A stretch of 64,000 nt of DNA from Haliotis cracherodii (Eukaryota): assembly GCF_022045235.1 (NCBI RefSeq), contig NW_027266275.1:24180001-24244000 (forward strand), in the 5' to 3' direction. Shown here one piece after another: positions 11,067-20,833 of this stretch. The translations under genes and the position numbers were made by a program. Position 1 is the first letter of the stretch. Each line of letters begins with the position of its first letter. Under the pieces are notes generated by a model. That model was not told the origin of the DNA, made no database searches, and saw nothing but the letters and a program-made list of their open reading frames with translations.

Positions 11067-12708
11067 ATGACAGACACACGCATCATCTCACACGCAGACA
11101 CCCCAGATCCTGACTTACCCACACCCGCGGAAGCGCACAACACCTCCGGGAGGACAGTCGAAAACATTGTTCCGGACGAGTATGGCTCAGACATGGAACA
11201 TACCACCCCCACCAAACCAGCCAACTCACCTCCACAATACACAAACCCCAAAAAACGTAAGCTCGACTCATCCACTCCACCACCTTCTCCCACACCCACC
11301 CCGGCTTCCTTCATCACCACCTTCGCGCTATACTTCTTCGCCGCAGGCTCAGCATCAATCCTAACTAAACAACTCTCAGCAGACAGGATAGGTTTATGGT
11401 TTAAACGCGAAAAAATCCATTACAGCAACATCAAAAAAGCAAATAAAGGTTACCAAATAATATTCCCAAATCAAGATTCATTCAATGCAGCTAAAAAAAT
11501 AGTACAAATTTTTCACGTAACCGTAACAAAACAAATTCCAAATTGGCAGCAATTCACCCGAGGGGTAATAAGAGTAAACCCTAGAGAAACAGCCGAAGAC
11601 CTAGAACTCTACACCCAAGAAGCAAACACAAATCAATACCCTCAACCCCAAATAACAAGCACCCGCAGGATAACAACAAACAGAAACGGCAAAACGGTCC
11701 CTACATCAATCGTTATTGTAAACTTCAAAAAAACGGCTAAATTTCCTGAAGCCCCTAATCACATCTCTTTCGGTGCCCACACTAAACTAGAAGTTAAACC
11801 ATACATCAAACAGGTCAAACAATGTTCTAACTGCCTTAGATATAACCACACGGCCACCCAATGTACATTCAAAAAAACTAAATGTAAAAAATGCGCCCAA
11901 ACCGATTGCCCAGGTACATGCTCTCCCTGGTGCATCCATTGCAAATGCATAAAACATACATCACTCTCAAACCAGTGTCCGCACAGACATGCCCTAACAC
12001 AACAGGCCAACAAACACATAAACATAGATTCGGCCAAAATCCAAACAAGAAAATATGCACCACCTACATCCAAACCTCTCCTCCCCACACCACACTCAAA
12101 CACCACACACAAACTCTCGGATTCAATCTGGGGCAACCACATAGAAACCGCACCCACCACTTCCACACATCACCTCACACAGCCACCTACCAACTCCCCC
12201 ATAACATCAACACCCGCATGCAAAGCAAACAGCAAAACCACAGACACACAACGACCCTCAGCCAGACACTCTACAGCCCACAAGGCAACAACACTTCCCC
12301 ACAAGCAACCACAAAAAAAAAAACTCAAACACTGAGGAAACCACAGCTACACCCAACACGCAAGCACAAACTCAACACCCCACACCACAAACACCTCCAC
12401 AGGCCTCCCCAATGAAAACTCAAACAATAAAAACCAACCTAACCGACGAAGACGAGTATTCTTCCACCGAGGAAATAAATGAAATCACTTTCTCAGCCCC
12501 TAAAACCAACAAAAACTTCAGGCGCAAAAATCCTCAATTAACCAGCACTAAAACTCTTAATAACCTCACACTACTCCTAGCCTACATGCATAAGCAAAAC
12601 TCACCAAATGCTAGTATTAAAGCTTTTCACTCAGTAGCACAAAAACTAAAACTCACAACTCTCTCCTTTGAGTTATTTCTCTCCCAACTTAGGGAAGCTA
12701 CCAATTAA
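11067..12708 (+). CDS. LINE ORF1 (gag-like), split by a +1 indel in the A11 run at 12313-12323
   Basis: CSNCLRYNHTATQC knuckle plus two further Cys clusters, and a PKKRK NLS. Removing one A joins ORF 11067-12335 to the frame ending at 12708 (about 546 aa). Confidence 0.8.
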
Positions 12709-12755
12709 ACAAAACCTAAAACTCAAAACAAACTAATAACCTCTCATCCCCCAAA

Positions 12756-15700
12756 ATGGAAGGACTAAATATATTTCAGTGGAACGCCAACGGATTAGCC
12801 TCCCACGGCAAGGAGTTAAAAGCTAAATTCAAACGAGACAAAGGTCCACACATAGTCTGTATACAGGAAACTAAATTCTCTACCAGATCTAAATTCACCC
12901 TACCAAACTATAACTCAATAAGAACTGACCGAGCCAAAACAAACCCAGGTAGAGCCGGAGGCGGCCTAATCATATACGTCAGGGAAGATTTAAGCTACAA
13001 AGAACTAAAAATAAACACACCGAACCTAGAAGCAAACGGTATCCAAATAACAAATAACAACCAAAAAATTAATATCATAAATATATACCACTGGGTAGAA
13101 AAACAGGTCAAACCTGAGGATTTAAACACCCTCCTCCAAATAGGCAATAAATCTACAATCTTCCTAGGAGACTTTAATGCCCACCACCCTACCTGGGGTA
13201 TAGAAGATAAAATAGATAAACACGGAAAACTCATCTCAGAATGGATAGAACAAAATGACCTAATACTACTAAATAACAACCAACCTACTAGATACGACAA
13301 AATACACCACAAAATGTCGGCTATCGACTTAACCATATGCACCCCAGATTTAGCCCAAAGTATTCAATGGGAAGTACACGGGGTACCACTAGGTAGTGAC
13401 CACTTCCCCATAAATATAACTATAGGAGACGTAAACATCCCATCACCAGCCCCAAACCAGGAACCTAAATTCCACTACAACAAAGCCGACTGGGACAAAT
13501 TTCAGGACATTTGCAACCAGGCTAACCTAGCTGACCTAGAAAGTAACGACCCCGAAATCTACTGTAAAAACCTCACTGACTATATAATAAACGCAGCTAA
13601 AAACTCCATTCCTTTCAAAACAACCAGCATAGGCAAACCCTCGGTTCCTTGGTGGAACGAGGAGATAGAACAAACGAGGCGTAAACGCAAATCCGCATTC
13701 AATAAAGCCAAACGTGACTTCAAACACCTAAAGATAGCACATGAACTAAATCACAAAGTACAAAGCTTAGTTAAAACAGCTAAAACAAGAGACTGGAAAA
13801 AATTTTGCGAAGAAATTAACCATCATACAGACGCCAGAACAGTTTGGCGCAAAATCCACGCCATTAGGGGCATTAAACGTCATAAAAAAACTCCCAACGT
13901 AAACAATTCAACAAACCCCACTGAAAAAGCTAATAACCTAGCAAATCACTTCTCGGCCGTCAGTAGCAATAGCAACTTCAACCAAAAATTCCAGGAACAA
14001 CTAAAAGCAGAAACCAAATTTACCAAAGAGCCAAAAGATAATAACCTAGAAATTAATCTCCATTTCACAATGGAAGAACTACTCCACGTCCTACAAAATA
14101 GGAAAAAGGGCACAGCCCCAGGCTTAGACCTTACTTCATACCAGATAATTAAACAACTACCACCCAAACTACTCCAAACTCTTCTGAAACTCTATAACCT
14201 CATATATCTAAACGGACAGGTCCCATCACCTTGGAAACAAGCCCTGGTCATACCAATCCCCAAACCCAATAAACCAGCTGACCAGGCTAATTCATACAGA
14301 CCAATCTCCCTAACTTCTAACTTATGCAAAGTAATGGAATCAATGGCCAAAAACAGGTTACAACACTACTTAGAACAAAACAACATAATAAATCCAGACC
14401 AAAGCGGTTTCACTCCTGGACGCTCAACCTTAGATAACCTCGCCCGACTAGAGCAGGACATTAAAACAGGCCAACTTAACAAACAATATACTACAGGCAT
14501 CTTTCTAGACTTCTCCAAAGCATTCGACATGGTTTGGCATAACGGGCTAATACAAAAACTTAAAAAAATAGGACTTAAAGGTCAAATAATTAACTACATC
14601 CAAAGTTTCCTAACAAACCGCAAAATCACCGTGGGCATAGACCAAACGCTATCGGACCAATGTCCCCTAGAAAATGGCACTCCCCAGGGCAGCATCCTAA
14701 GCCCAACACTCTTCAATATTATGATTAACGATTTATTCGAGGGACTATCCCCCAAAGTAAACACATCAAAATTCGCGGATGATGGAGCCCTCTGGATCCG
14801 CACTAAAAGCATTAAAATGGCCCAAAACTTACTACAAAAATCTCTAAATAAAATACAAAAATGGGCTGACAAATGGGGCTTCTCCCTAAACTCAGAAAAA
14901 ACCACAGGAATAGTATTTAAACACAAAAATATGCAACCCGCCACCCTAAACCTCCAACTAAACAACAAACCAATCAAATTCCAAAAACAAACCAAATTCT
15001 TAGGATTAATCTTCGATGAACATCTCACCTGGGATGCTCACATTAAAAACCTTGTAACCAGATGCAGCAAAGACCTAAACACGTTAAGATGCCTAACCGG
15101 CTCCAACTGGGGGGCCTCTAAAAACACCCTCCTCTCACTCTATATATCACTAATTAGGTCCAAACTAGACTATGGCAGTGCCATTTACGACACCTTAAAC
15201 AACTCTCTCATTAAAAAACTAGACTCAATCCAGTATCAGGCCCTAAAACTAATCACACGAACTCAACATGGCACCTCTTCCACCTCACTCCAGGCCTTAA
15301 CAGGAGAAATGCCACTTAAACTACGTAGGGAACAACTTACCCTAAACTTCTGGGCTGCGTCCCAATCAAACCCACTAATCGAAAACTTAATAAAACAAAA
15401 TATTAGCCCTAGAAACCAAGCCCTAGCCCGGAAACATCCACTACTTACTCCAATTTCCCAAAGAATAACCAATTACCTAAACGAACACAAAATAAATAAT
15501 CTTAAACAAAACAATAAATCATCCAATATCTTCACTCCAAAACTTAAAATACCAAAAATAGACACAACACTAGCCGATACACTAAATAAACAGACCGATC
15601 CTAACATCGCTAAAACCACCACACTAGCATACATACATGAACATTGGCCAAATTGGTGTCACATATACACAGACGGATCCTCAGATCCGATCTCAAAACA

Positions 15701-16514
15701 CACAGGTTTCGGAGTCCACATCGCACAACCAACCAAAGACACACAATCTTACCGACTCCCAAACAACCAATCCATATTCACGGCCGAACTAATGGGCATG
15801 GCCTCAGCACTACACAATCAGCAATCTAAAACACACCAAAAAATCCTCATCCTAACCGACTCTCTCAGTGGACTACAAGCCCTCAAAAATAAAAACACTA
15901 AAAACCGCCCCAAACTAATAAATCAAATACTCAATAGCTCAAACAACTTAACTAAGGTAGGTAAACAAATAGAGTTCATTTGGATCCCCGCCCACGTAGG
16001 AATCTTTGGAAATGAAAAGGCAGATAAAGCAGCAAAATTATCCCTTAAACTCCCAGAAATAAGCTTAAACTTACCCAGCTCAAAATCAGAAATCAAAAGT
16101 GTCACTAAACAAAAAATTAACAAAAAATGGCAAAATATATACCAAAACTCAAATAGCCAAATCAGGAAAGTACTCAAAAAAAACCTAAATAAACCCAAAA
16201 TACTACACCCATCCAAAAAAATCGACAGAATAATTACCAAACTACAAACAGGCCACACCAAACTAAATAATCACCGTAAAATAGCTAAACTACACACAAC
16301 AGGAAACTGCCCACATTGCAAACAACAAGAAACACCAGAACACGTACTCATTCACTGCACACACTACCAAACACACCGAACAACACTACAGACCACCCTA
16401 AATCTTAAAACCGGACTTACACTAGAATCAATCCTAAATCCACAAAATAAATTAGAAAAATTCAAAGCCTTAGGCATATACCTAATAAAAACAGGACTAA
16501 TTAGTCGCATTTAA
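12756..16514 (+). CDS. LINE ORF2 polyprotein: APE endonuclease, reverse transcriptase, RNase H, CCHC
   Basis: QWNANG/IQET/GDFNAHH/SDH (APE); PQGSILSP and FADD (RT); YTDGS, AEL, LTDS, WIPAHVGIFGNEKAD (RNase H); CPHC...EHVLIHC. Uninterrupted 1252 aa. Confidence 0.96.
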   Translation: MEGLNIFQWNANGLASHGKELKAKFKRDKGPHIVCIQETKFSTRSKFTLPNYNSIRTDRAKTNPGRAGGGLIIYVREDLSYKELKINTPNLEANGIQITNNNQKINIINIYHWVEKQVKPEDLNTLLQIGNKSTIFLGDFNAHHPTWGIEDKIDKHGKLISEWIEQNDLILLNNNQPTRYDKIHHKMSAIDLTICTPDLAQSIQWEVHGVPLGSDHFPINITIGDVNIPSPAPNQEPKFHYNKADWDKFQDICNQANLADLESNDPEIYCKNLTDYIINAAKNSIPFKTTSIGKPSVPWWNEEIEQTRRKRKSAFNKAKRDFKHLKIAHELNHKVQSLVKTAKTRDWKKFCEEINHHTDARTVWRKIHAIRGIKRHKKTPNVNNSTNPTEKANNLANHFSAVSSNSNFNQKFQEQLKAETKFTKEPKDNNLEINLHFTMEELLHVLQNRKKGTAPGLDLTSYQIIKQLPPKLLQTLLKLYNLIYLNGQVPSPWKQALVIPIPKPNKPADQANSYRPISLTSNLCKVMESMAKNRLQHYLEQNNIINPDQSGFTPGRSTLDNLARLEQDIKTGQLNKQYTTGIFLDFSKAFDMVWHNGLIQKLKKIGLKGQIINYIQSFLTNRKITVGIDQTLSDQCPLENGTPQGSILSPTLFNIMINDLFEGLSPKVNTSKFADDGALWIRTKSIKMAQNLLQKSLNKIQKWADKWGFSLNSEKTTGIVFKHKNMQPATLNLQLNNKPIKFQKQTKFLGLIFDEHLTWDAHIKNLVTRCSKDLNTLRCLTGSNWGASKNTLLSLYISLIRSKLDYGSAIYDTLNNSLIKKLDSIQYQALKLITRTQHGTSSTSLQALTGEMPLKLRREQLTLNFWAASQSNPLIENLIKQNISPRNQALARKHPLLTPISQRITNYLNEHKINNLKQNNKSSNIFTPKLKIPKIDTTLADTLNKQTDPNIAKTTTLAYIHEHWPNWCHIYTDGSSDPISKHTGFGVHIAQPTKDTQSYRLPNNQSIFTAELMGMASALHNQQSKTHQKILILTDSLSGLQALKNKNTKNRPKLINQILNSSNNLTKVGKQIEFIWIPAHVGIFGNEKADKAAKLSLKLPEISLNLPSSKSEIKSVTKQKINKKWQNIYQNSNSQIRKVLKKNLNKPKILHPSKKIDRIITKLQTGHTKLNNHRKIAKLHTTGNCPHCKQQETPEHVLIHCTHYQTHRTTLQTTLNLKTGLTLESILNPQNKLEKFKALGIYLIKTGLISRI

Positions 16515-16799
16515 ACCCCAAATAAAATATTAAAACCAAAATTACCTTATTTGATAACCACCCAACACACACAGCTCCCTTAGTTCGTCCCCCACCCACT
16601 CTTGGCATTCTTTCCAAATCTCAAAATTTCAAAATTACTATATAAGTAACCCCTAAAGCCCCCTCCTGGGTTGCACAAACTCACTTTTCCCCTTTTTGGA
16701 AACACATTAAATGGCCTGGCCGGGCCCGTGTGCGACATACGCTTGCAGTCGGAAAGCGCACGTTAAATCTCCAATATAAGTAAGTAAGTACCCTCATTC

Positions 16800-17075
16800 A
16801 GTCTTGCTTGACAACGGTATAAGGATCTATACCGAAACGTCGCCTTTTACAGTATTAAAGAAGTTGTTATCCATAAAAATTGTGTCTATCTTGTAAGAAT
16901 TTATGGATAAACAACTTCTTTCTTACAATTAAGAACTACAATTATCACCAAGTACTTGCCAACCGCACTCTGTAAATCACTTGCTTGATAACAGTGTTAG
17001 AACCTACACCGAAACATTGCTCATAATTGTAATAAAGAAGTTGTTCATCCATAAATTCTTATCCTTTATTAGTAC
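16800..17075. mobile_element. Penelope-like terminal-repeat remnant (direct and inverted copies)
   Basis: The motif cttgaYaac...ccgaaac...taaagaagttgtt(c)atccataaa occurs twice (about 16807 and 16985), with an inverted partial copy at about 16896-16930. Confidence 0.5.
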
Positions 17076-17605
17076 TCCAACTTCTAAATGCCTATCAAAG
17101 ACGTTTATGGATGCTGTTTGGCCACACTATCCCTTCATATCTTGAAATGAAAACATGTTAGACCTGGATCTTGTTTGAGCAGTTAAGTATCCAAGTATTA
17201 GGCTTGTATCTACAAGTCATACTCTATCATATACCAAAAGTTAAAAATCCCGTCTAGGCTATTTGTTGAATCTTTGTTTAAGCATGTGTCCTACTTTTAA
17301 TCATGGCGGGTTGCACGGGTGGCCCAGTCGTCTAAGGCGCCGCGATTCGGCGCGCAGGGTTGCGTCCCTTGGGCACGCCAGAAACTTATGATTGTGGGTT
17401 CGAATCCCGGTTCGCCCCGATTGTGTTTCTAGGTTTGTCAGCACCATACCCGAGCTCGTGGGTTTCACCGAAGTGGTAAACGTCTGAGACCTGCATCACT
17501 TTGGACTTTCCTCTCACATTAAGCTGACACGCCGTGATATAACAGTAATACTGTTAAAAGCGGCGTTAAACCCAACTCCCTGACTCACTTTAATCATGGC
17601 TTACA

Positions 17606-17792
17606 NNNNNNNNNNNNNNNNNNNNNNNNNNNNNNNNNNNNNNNNNNNNNNNNNNNNNNNNNNNNNNNNNNNNNNNNNNNNNNNNNNNNNNNNNNNNNNN
17701 NNNNNNNNNNNNNNNNNNNNNNNNNNNNNNNNNNNNNNNNNNNNNNNNNNNNNNNNNNNNNNNNNNNNNNNNNNNNNNNNNNNNNNNNNNNN
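17606..17792. other. Assembly gap
   Basis: Run of N. Confidence 1.
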
Positions 17793-18197
17793 CAGGATTT
17801 GCCCCGCTTGTCATCATAAAAACTAAATATATAATTTTGACTTCTAAAGGAAGATTCTACAGATTAAGAACGGATTATCATTAGTATTTGTAAACAAAAT
17901 GGAAGTTACAAACATAGGGTCGGCAGAGTAGTAAATTTCCATAATTCCTTTTTTCCTTAATCCTGATTTATGACAATAAGCAAATATTTTTTAAGTTGTA
18001 AATAAAAAACGACAAAACCCCTTCAAAAAGCAGAGTCGACAGTACGATTACATAAATAATGAACACGTGTTTTTGAGTCATTATCAAATGATGATGGTCT
18101 CCTGCCGCACCGATGACACCCGTCACAAACACATGCAAAGGCAAGAATTGTTTACTTGTAAAAGACAGTGTATGCAGAGCTGCAGATTAGCTGCGTA

Positions 18198-18328
18198 NNN
18201 NNNNNNNNNNNNNNNNNNNNNNNNNNNNNNNNNNNNNNNNNNNNNNNNNNNNNNNNNNNNNNNNNNNNNNNNNNNNNNNNNNNNNNNNNNNNNNNNNNNN
18301 NNNNNNNNNNNNNNNNNNNNNNNNNNNN
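18198..18328. other. Assembly gap
   Basis: Run of N. Confidence 1.
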
Positions 18329-18839
18329 AAAGGAGCTAATTTCCTAAACAAAATTACGAGATAATTTACTTTCCTAGTCAAGCCTATATATTTGGAACAG
18401 TTATATACAGCTAGAACATTATTTATTTGTTTTTAAATCTTAAAATGTTCACGCTTTTTAAAAAAAAACACAAAAAAACAACCAATAGAGTGATGAATAG
18501 ATGGGTGAACAAATTTTGGTTACCCAATGAAAAATGTAACAAACCAATTAAAATAGAAACCCTAGAGTAAAAACTCAATTGCTCAAAAAGTTATCTGGAG
18601 CTCTGGTATGGTACAAGTCAAAATAGGGATTGGATCGGACATTAGTTTTGTCACTTTTGCGTCGAATTAGGAAATGGGTACCATGAAACCTTTTCAAAGC
18701 TTTCCCGAGGCCTTACATGTTTGACACCTCTTTGAAACCCATCGCTAGTCGCCTCTGAAAGTCGATCCTTGGTGAAAGTATGATAAAGTAAACAGGGAGT
18801 TCAAAGTTTCAACCTGAAGGTTAGTCATATATCCACGAA

Positions 18840-19011
18840 GGGGCGGTCGGGTAGCCTAGTGGTTAAAGCGTTTGCTCGTCACGCCGAAGACCCGGGTTCG
18901 ATTCCCGACATGGGTACAATGTGTGAAGCCCATTTCTGGTGTCCCCCGCCGTGATATTGCTTGAATATTGCTAAAAGCGGCGTAAAACCAAACTCACTCA
19001 CTCACTCACTC
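18840..19011 (+). mobile_element. SINE family A (tRNA-Asp-like head, (ACTC)n tail)
   Basis: A/B boxes and TSD catawatccacga. Other copies: about 1-143(-), 438-618(+), 3557-3728(-), 5923-6090(-), 40173-40286(-), 48893-49054(+). Confidence 0.88.
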
Positions 19012-19140
19012 ATAAATCCACGATATGAATCCATACTATCCAAAACATTGAATGTAAAGCCCCTTGGACTGTGATTAGATTATTTCATGTTTATAAATAC
19101 ATGCTCAAGTGTACGGTATATAGTTATAATCACTTCCCCA

Positions 19141-19159
19141 GCACTGGGAGATGTAGTCC
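19141..19159 (-). promoter_or_regulatory. ZNF143/Staf-type promoter motif upstream of the caspase gene
   Basis: The reverse strand reads GGACTACATCTCCCAGTGC, matching ACTAYRnnnCCCR. Confidence 0.45.
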
Positions 19160-19293
19160 TATTCCGACTGTTCAAGACCTCCATCATTGATGCTTTAGCC
19201 AGGTGGTATTTTGTTCATGAGTAGATAAATTGTGGTAATTTGAGTATAAAAACCCCAATTGATAATGTTTATTACTGAATCTCAAATCCGTGT

Positions 19294-19372
19294 ATGGATG
19301 GATGGATGGGTGGGTGGGTGGGTGGGTGGATGAATGGATGGATGGATGGATGCATCTATCCATCCATCCATT
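19294..19372. repeat. (GGAT)n/(GGGT)n microsatellite with an inverted (ATCC)n arm
   Basis: Seen directly. Confidence 0.85.
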
Positions 19373-19525
19373 TGGGTGGGGAAGGCGGCAAAAATAATGA
19401 TACTCTTAGGATGATATTCTGTGAATAGTAATGATGCAAATATCAATGAATTGACCATGTGTTCGCCTTGCCAAGAACTATCTGACCCTTATTTTGTAGG
19501 TCCAAGGAGAGGTTGTGTGATCCTG

Positions 19526-20833
19526 ATGGCCGAAGGTAGAAGGGTTGTGTCCCTGCATGTTCTCGGATCTAAAGGATCGGGCAAATCTCTCTTCATACGA
19601 CAGCTGGCTAATACAAGACACTGCAAGAAGCTCAAACTTGGTAAGAGGTGTTATGTTGTTGAACTGGATCTGGAGACACTTATTGGAGTTCCAGTTCTTG
19701 TAAACATCACGGAGTACAGAGGTGTGAAGTCCAATGGAGCTCTTGCCTTTGCGTACCATAAGGCAGATGCGTGTTTACTGTTCTATGACAGAGAGGAAGC
19801 TGCTAGCTTTGATAGAGCACAAATGGGATATATCTGGTGTCATTATTTCATGATAGGGAATCCAAATACTTTTGTTGTGGGAAACAAATGTGATAGGTTA
19901 GACAGGAACGACGTTCGACTGGAGGCTGTAGATGCATTCATCAACAAGTTCGGACCAGTTAAGGGCCACTTTTCTGTATCAGCTGAAACTGGCTGCAATA
20001 TCAAACCGATGTTGGTTGATGTTCTTCAACAAGTTTTGGAAGAACGTTTTGTAATCAACAGTAGCCCAGCACAGCTAGAAGTGGCCCTTCGGAATAGTGA
20101 TCCCCACTCGGGAGTGCAAATCTATGCAGTTGAAGAAACAGCTGGTTTGTGTGTTATTGTTAACAACGACACTTTTGAAAACTTGCCGTATCGAGACGGG
20201 GCTGTTAAGGACGTAGAGAACATCGAATCCACATTTGGACCACTTGGATTTGATATGAGGTACATTGAGAACAAAGATGTTTCATCACTCATCAGGAGAA
20301 TGCACGATATATCTAAAATGGATCATACAATGAACAGTATGTTTGTCTGTTTCATCATGTCTCATGGATCACGCAACAGTATTCTGGGAGTAGACGGCCT
20401 GACAATCGACCTTGACAGACTAACATCGTTGTTTTCTGCCCAGCAGTGTCCTAGTCTAGCGGGGAAGCCCAAGCTGTTCATAATTCAGGCATGTCAGGGT
20501 TCCATGGTCCAATCACCAGCAAACGCTCATTCAGACTCTGCAGCAATTCCCGAAGTCACTCGAGAGAGACCAACTGTGCCGGAGTTCGGAGACCTTTTAA
20601 TAGCACATTCTACTATTACAGGATTTGTTGCGTATCGTTACCCCGACAGAGGTTCTCCGTTTATATCGACGCTGTGCAACAAAATTCAGAACTTTCCTGA
20701 GAATCACATGGTGGATATTCTGACCATGGTTAACGGGGAGGTTGCTGCTATGAACTTTGGAGGGTCATTTAAACAGATGCCAATGTTCCAGTCACGGCTT
20801 CGAAAGCGCCTGTACCTGAAGAGGTTGTCATGA
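19526..20833 (+). CDS. Ras/Rab-like GTPase domain fused to a caspase-8-like protease (435 aa from ATG 19526)
   Basis: P-loop GSKGSGKS (19565-19588), G4 VVGNKCD, G5 SVSAETG. Caspase GLCVIVNN, SHG (His 20363), GKPKLFIIQACQG (Cys 20492), p10 DLLIAHST...KQMP. Acceptor ttattttgtag at 19499 precedes the ATG. Confidence 0.92.
   Translation: MAEGRRVVSLHVLGSKGSGKSLFIRQLANTRHCKKLKLGKRCYVVELDLETLIGVPVLVNITEYRGVKSNGALAFAYHKADACLLFYDREEAASFDRAQMGYIWCHYFMIGNPNTFVVGNKCDRLDRNDVRLEAVDAFINKFGPVKGHFSVSAETGCNIKPMLVDVLQQVLEERFVINSSPAQLEVALRNSDPHSGVQIYAVEETAGLCVIVNNDTFENLPYRDGAVKDVENIESTFGPLGFDMRYIENKDVSSLIRRMHDISKMDHTMNSMFVCFIMSHGSRNSILGVDGLTIDLDRLTSLFSAQQCPSLAGKPKLFIIQACQGSMVQSPANAHSDSAAIPEVTRERPTVPEFGDLLIAHSTITGFVAYRYPDRGSPFISTLCNKIQNFPENHMVDILTMVNGEVAAMNFGGSFKQMPMFQSRLRKRLYLKRLS

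Larger units (their letters stand above)
10956..16790 (+). mobile_element. Near full-length non-LTR retrotransposon, I/Nimb-type LINE
   Basis: ORF1 with CCHC knuckles, ORF2 APE-RT-RNaseH-CCHC, 3' UTR ending in (TAAG)n at 16777-16790. The 5' boundary is approximate and no TSD was found. Confidence 0.92.

Noticed and set aside
11759-16261. Antisense ORFs over the LINE (likewise over the caspase and GH49 exons)
   Set aside because: Shadow frames of real coding sequence with biased composition.
19421-19525. N-terminal extension of the caspase ORF from GTG 19421
   Set aside because: A GTG start is unlikely in an animal gene, and a splice acceptor at 19499 suggests the upstream part is intron.
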